Shown here piece by piece: positions 63,021 through 64,000 of a stretch of 64,000 nucleotides of DNA. The DNA is taken from the NCBI RefSeq assembly GCF_027887165.1, contig NC_077230.1:289206949-289270948 (forward strand). The letters run 5' to 3'. The DNA comes from Monodelphis domestica (lineage: Eukaryota). Within the stretch, counting starts at the first letter, position 1, and every line of letters starts with the position of its first letter. The notes beneath the pieces are model-generated. The model was not told the origin of the DNA. It ran no database searches and saw only the letters and a list, made by a program, of their open reading frames with translations. The position numbers and the translations under genes were made by a program.

Positions 63021-64000
63021 ATCTCTCCTAGATTGCAATTTATAATAGAAAGTATACTAGTTCTGGAGTCAAAGGTACAGTAATATCTATGTACCTTGTC
63101 TAATGCTTGGCTCAAAGGGCCAATTATATGGCTTTCTCTTCTCATTTGAGGAGATTGATTCCTCAATGCTCTGCATGTGTGTGAGGGGCACCGGAGAGCT
63201 ATTGAGAAGAAAGATCTGGGCTCTTCTGATTTTCAACCTCAATTCAGAAGAAACATTATTCCAATCTCACTTCAGGTAAATCAAAGGAAAGACTAGGGAA
63301 AAGGTGACATGTTGAACTAGAGACTTCAAGGAATTTCTTCTTGGGTGAGCTGTAGGGCTCTCTCTTTTGGTTGAGTTGACTTGTCCTGCTACCAAAGGGA
63401 GAACTTATTCATTCTCCGAATTGTCTGCTATATATTCTGTTATGTATACTTTCTCTGAATTCTGTTTTTCTAATGACTTGGATAAATGGATTTACTTGTT
63501 GTTTGCTATGTGTGATCATTATGGAACTGGCATTTGAGGATGTCAACTGGGTTTTTTGCAAGTTTCAAGTTTGACCCCTGAGAAGTCACCCCAAGGGAAG
63601 TCCCAGACTCATTGGTTTCAGACTGAAAAGACCTTGGAGTGTTTGGGGACCCTGGTTAGGTGGGACTAGTGGACATAGTCAAATGTTAAATACCCTTTTT
63701 TGTCTTAGTAGTTTCTCCCATTATACTAAAGCCCTTTCCCAGGAAGCCCAGCTCTTGGTTTAACCCTTTCCTTTTGTATTCATTGTAGCAGACCACTCCC
63801 TGATTTCCCAGCTGCTGGCTGCAGCCTCTTTCCCAAGCCTGCTTGCAACCTGTCAATGTATGTTTGTAGTTCCCCAAAGGGTATATAGGACCCCCAGGTT
63901 CTGTTGTTTTTTGGAGAATCCTCCCAGAGATACTGTCCCCAGAGCCCCAGGGTTCCAACTCTATGGCACCTGGCTCTGTGATAGCAGCCTATTACTGGAC

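Noticed and set aside
62832-63166. ORFs with 'YLSIYLSIYLSI' repeats
   Set aside because: Translation artefacts of the (GATA)n microsatellite.
1-64000. Prokaryotic-style features such as CRISPR arrays, operons or defence systems
   Set aside because: The sequence is clearly vertebrate: spliced PARP4 exons, L1, RTE and SINE content, and microsatellites. The direct repeats present are microsatellites and minisatellites with no spacer structure.

Overview
This window is vertebrate nuclear DNA, not a prokaryotic locus. The SINE and L1 families suggest a marsupial, possibly an opossum-like genome. There is no operon, CRISPR array or defence island to report. The + strand carries the 3' half of PARP4 (vault poly(ADP-ribose) polymerase, VPARP). 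Fourteen exons run from the von Willebrand A domain region to the stop codon at 56000-56002. Each exon translates to sequence I recognise from human PARP4, for example 'SATPTMGNTDFWKTLR', 'STANRH..LSQYGAGAFEYF', 'IEDQMTR', 'FTSFVAVEKR', 'EDVDFLPYM' and 'EGFWKLSPELGLILNLN', and all have canonical GT/AG boundaries with consistent phases. One exon is a 1.44 kb giant exon containing an expanded proline-rich tandem repeat resembling a formin FH1 domain. The introns are packed with retrotransposons. There is a full-length, about 6.3 kb, antisense L1 with an intact 1266-aa ORF2, an ORF1 that is intact except for a C-terminal frameshift, and 100-bp 5'UTR monomers. A second L1 carries a nested L1 3' insertion flanked by a clear target-site duplication. 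A roughly 3.3 kb RTE-type LINE with AP-endonuclease and RT domains lies next to an unexplained 0.8 kb GC-rich block. There are several older L1 and CR1/L2 fragments and many MIR or tRNA-derived SINEs. Two copies of a roughly 440-bp element have a 15-bp terminal inverted repeat, and the better-preserved copy has an 8-bp target-site duplication, which points to a non-autonomous hAT-like DNA transposon. Simple repeats include (TA)n, (CA)n, (CT)n, (GATA)n and a 31-bp minisatellite. Downstream of PARP4 there is a weak LTR-like TATA/AATAAA module. All calls rest on reading the sequence and remembered family features; I ran no database searches.
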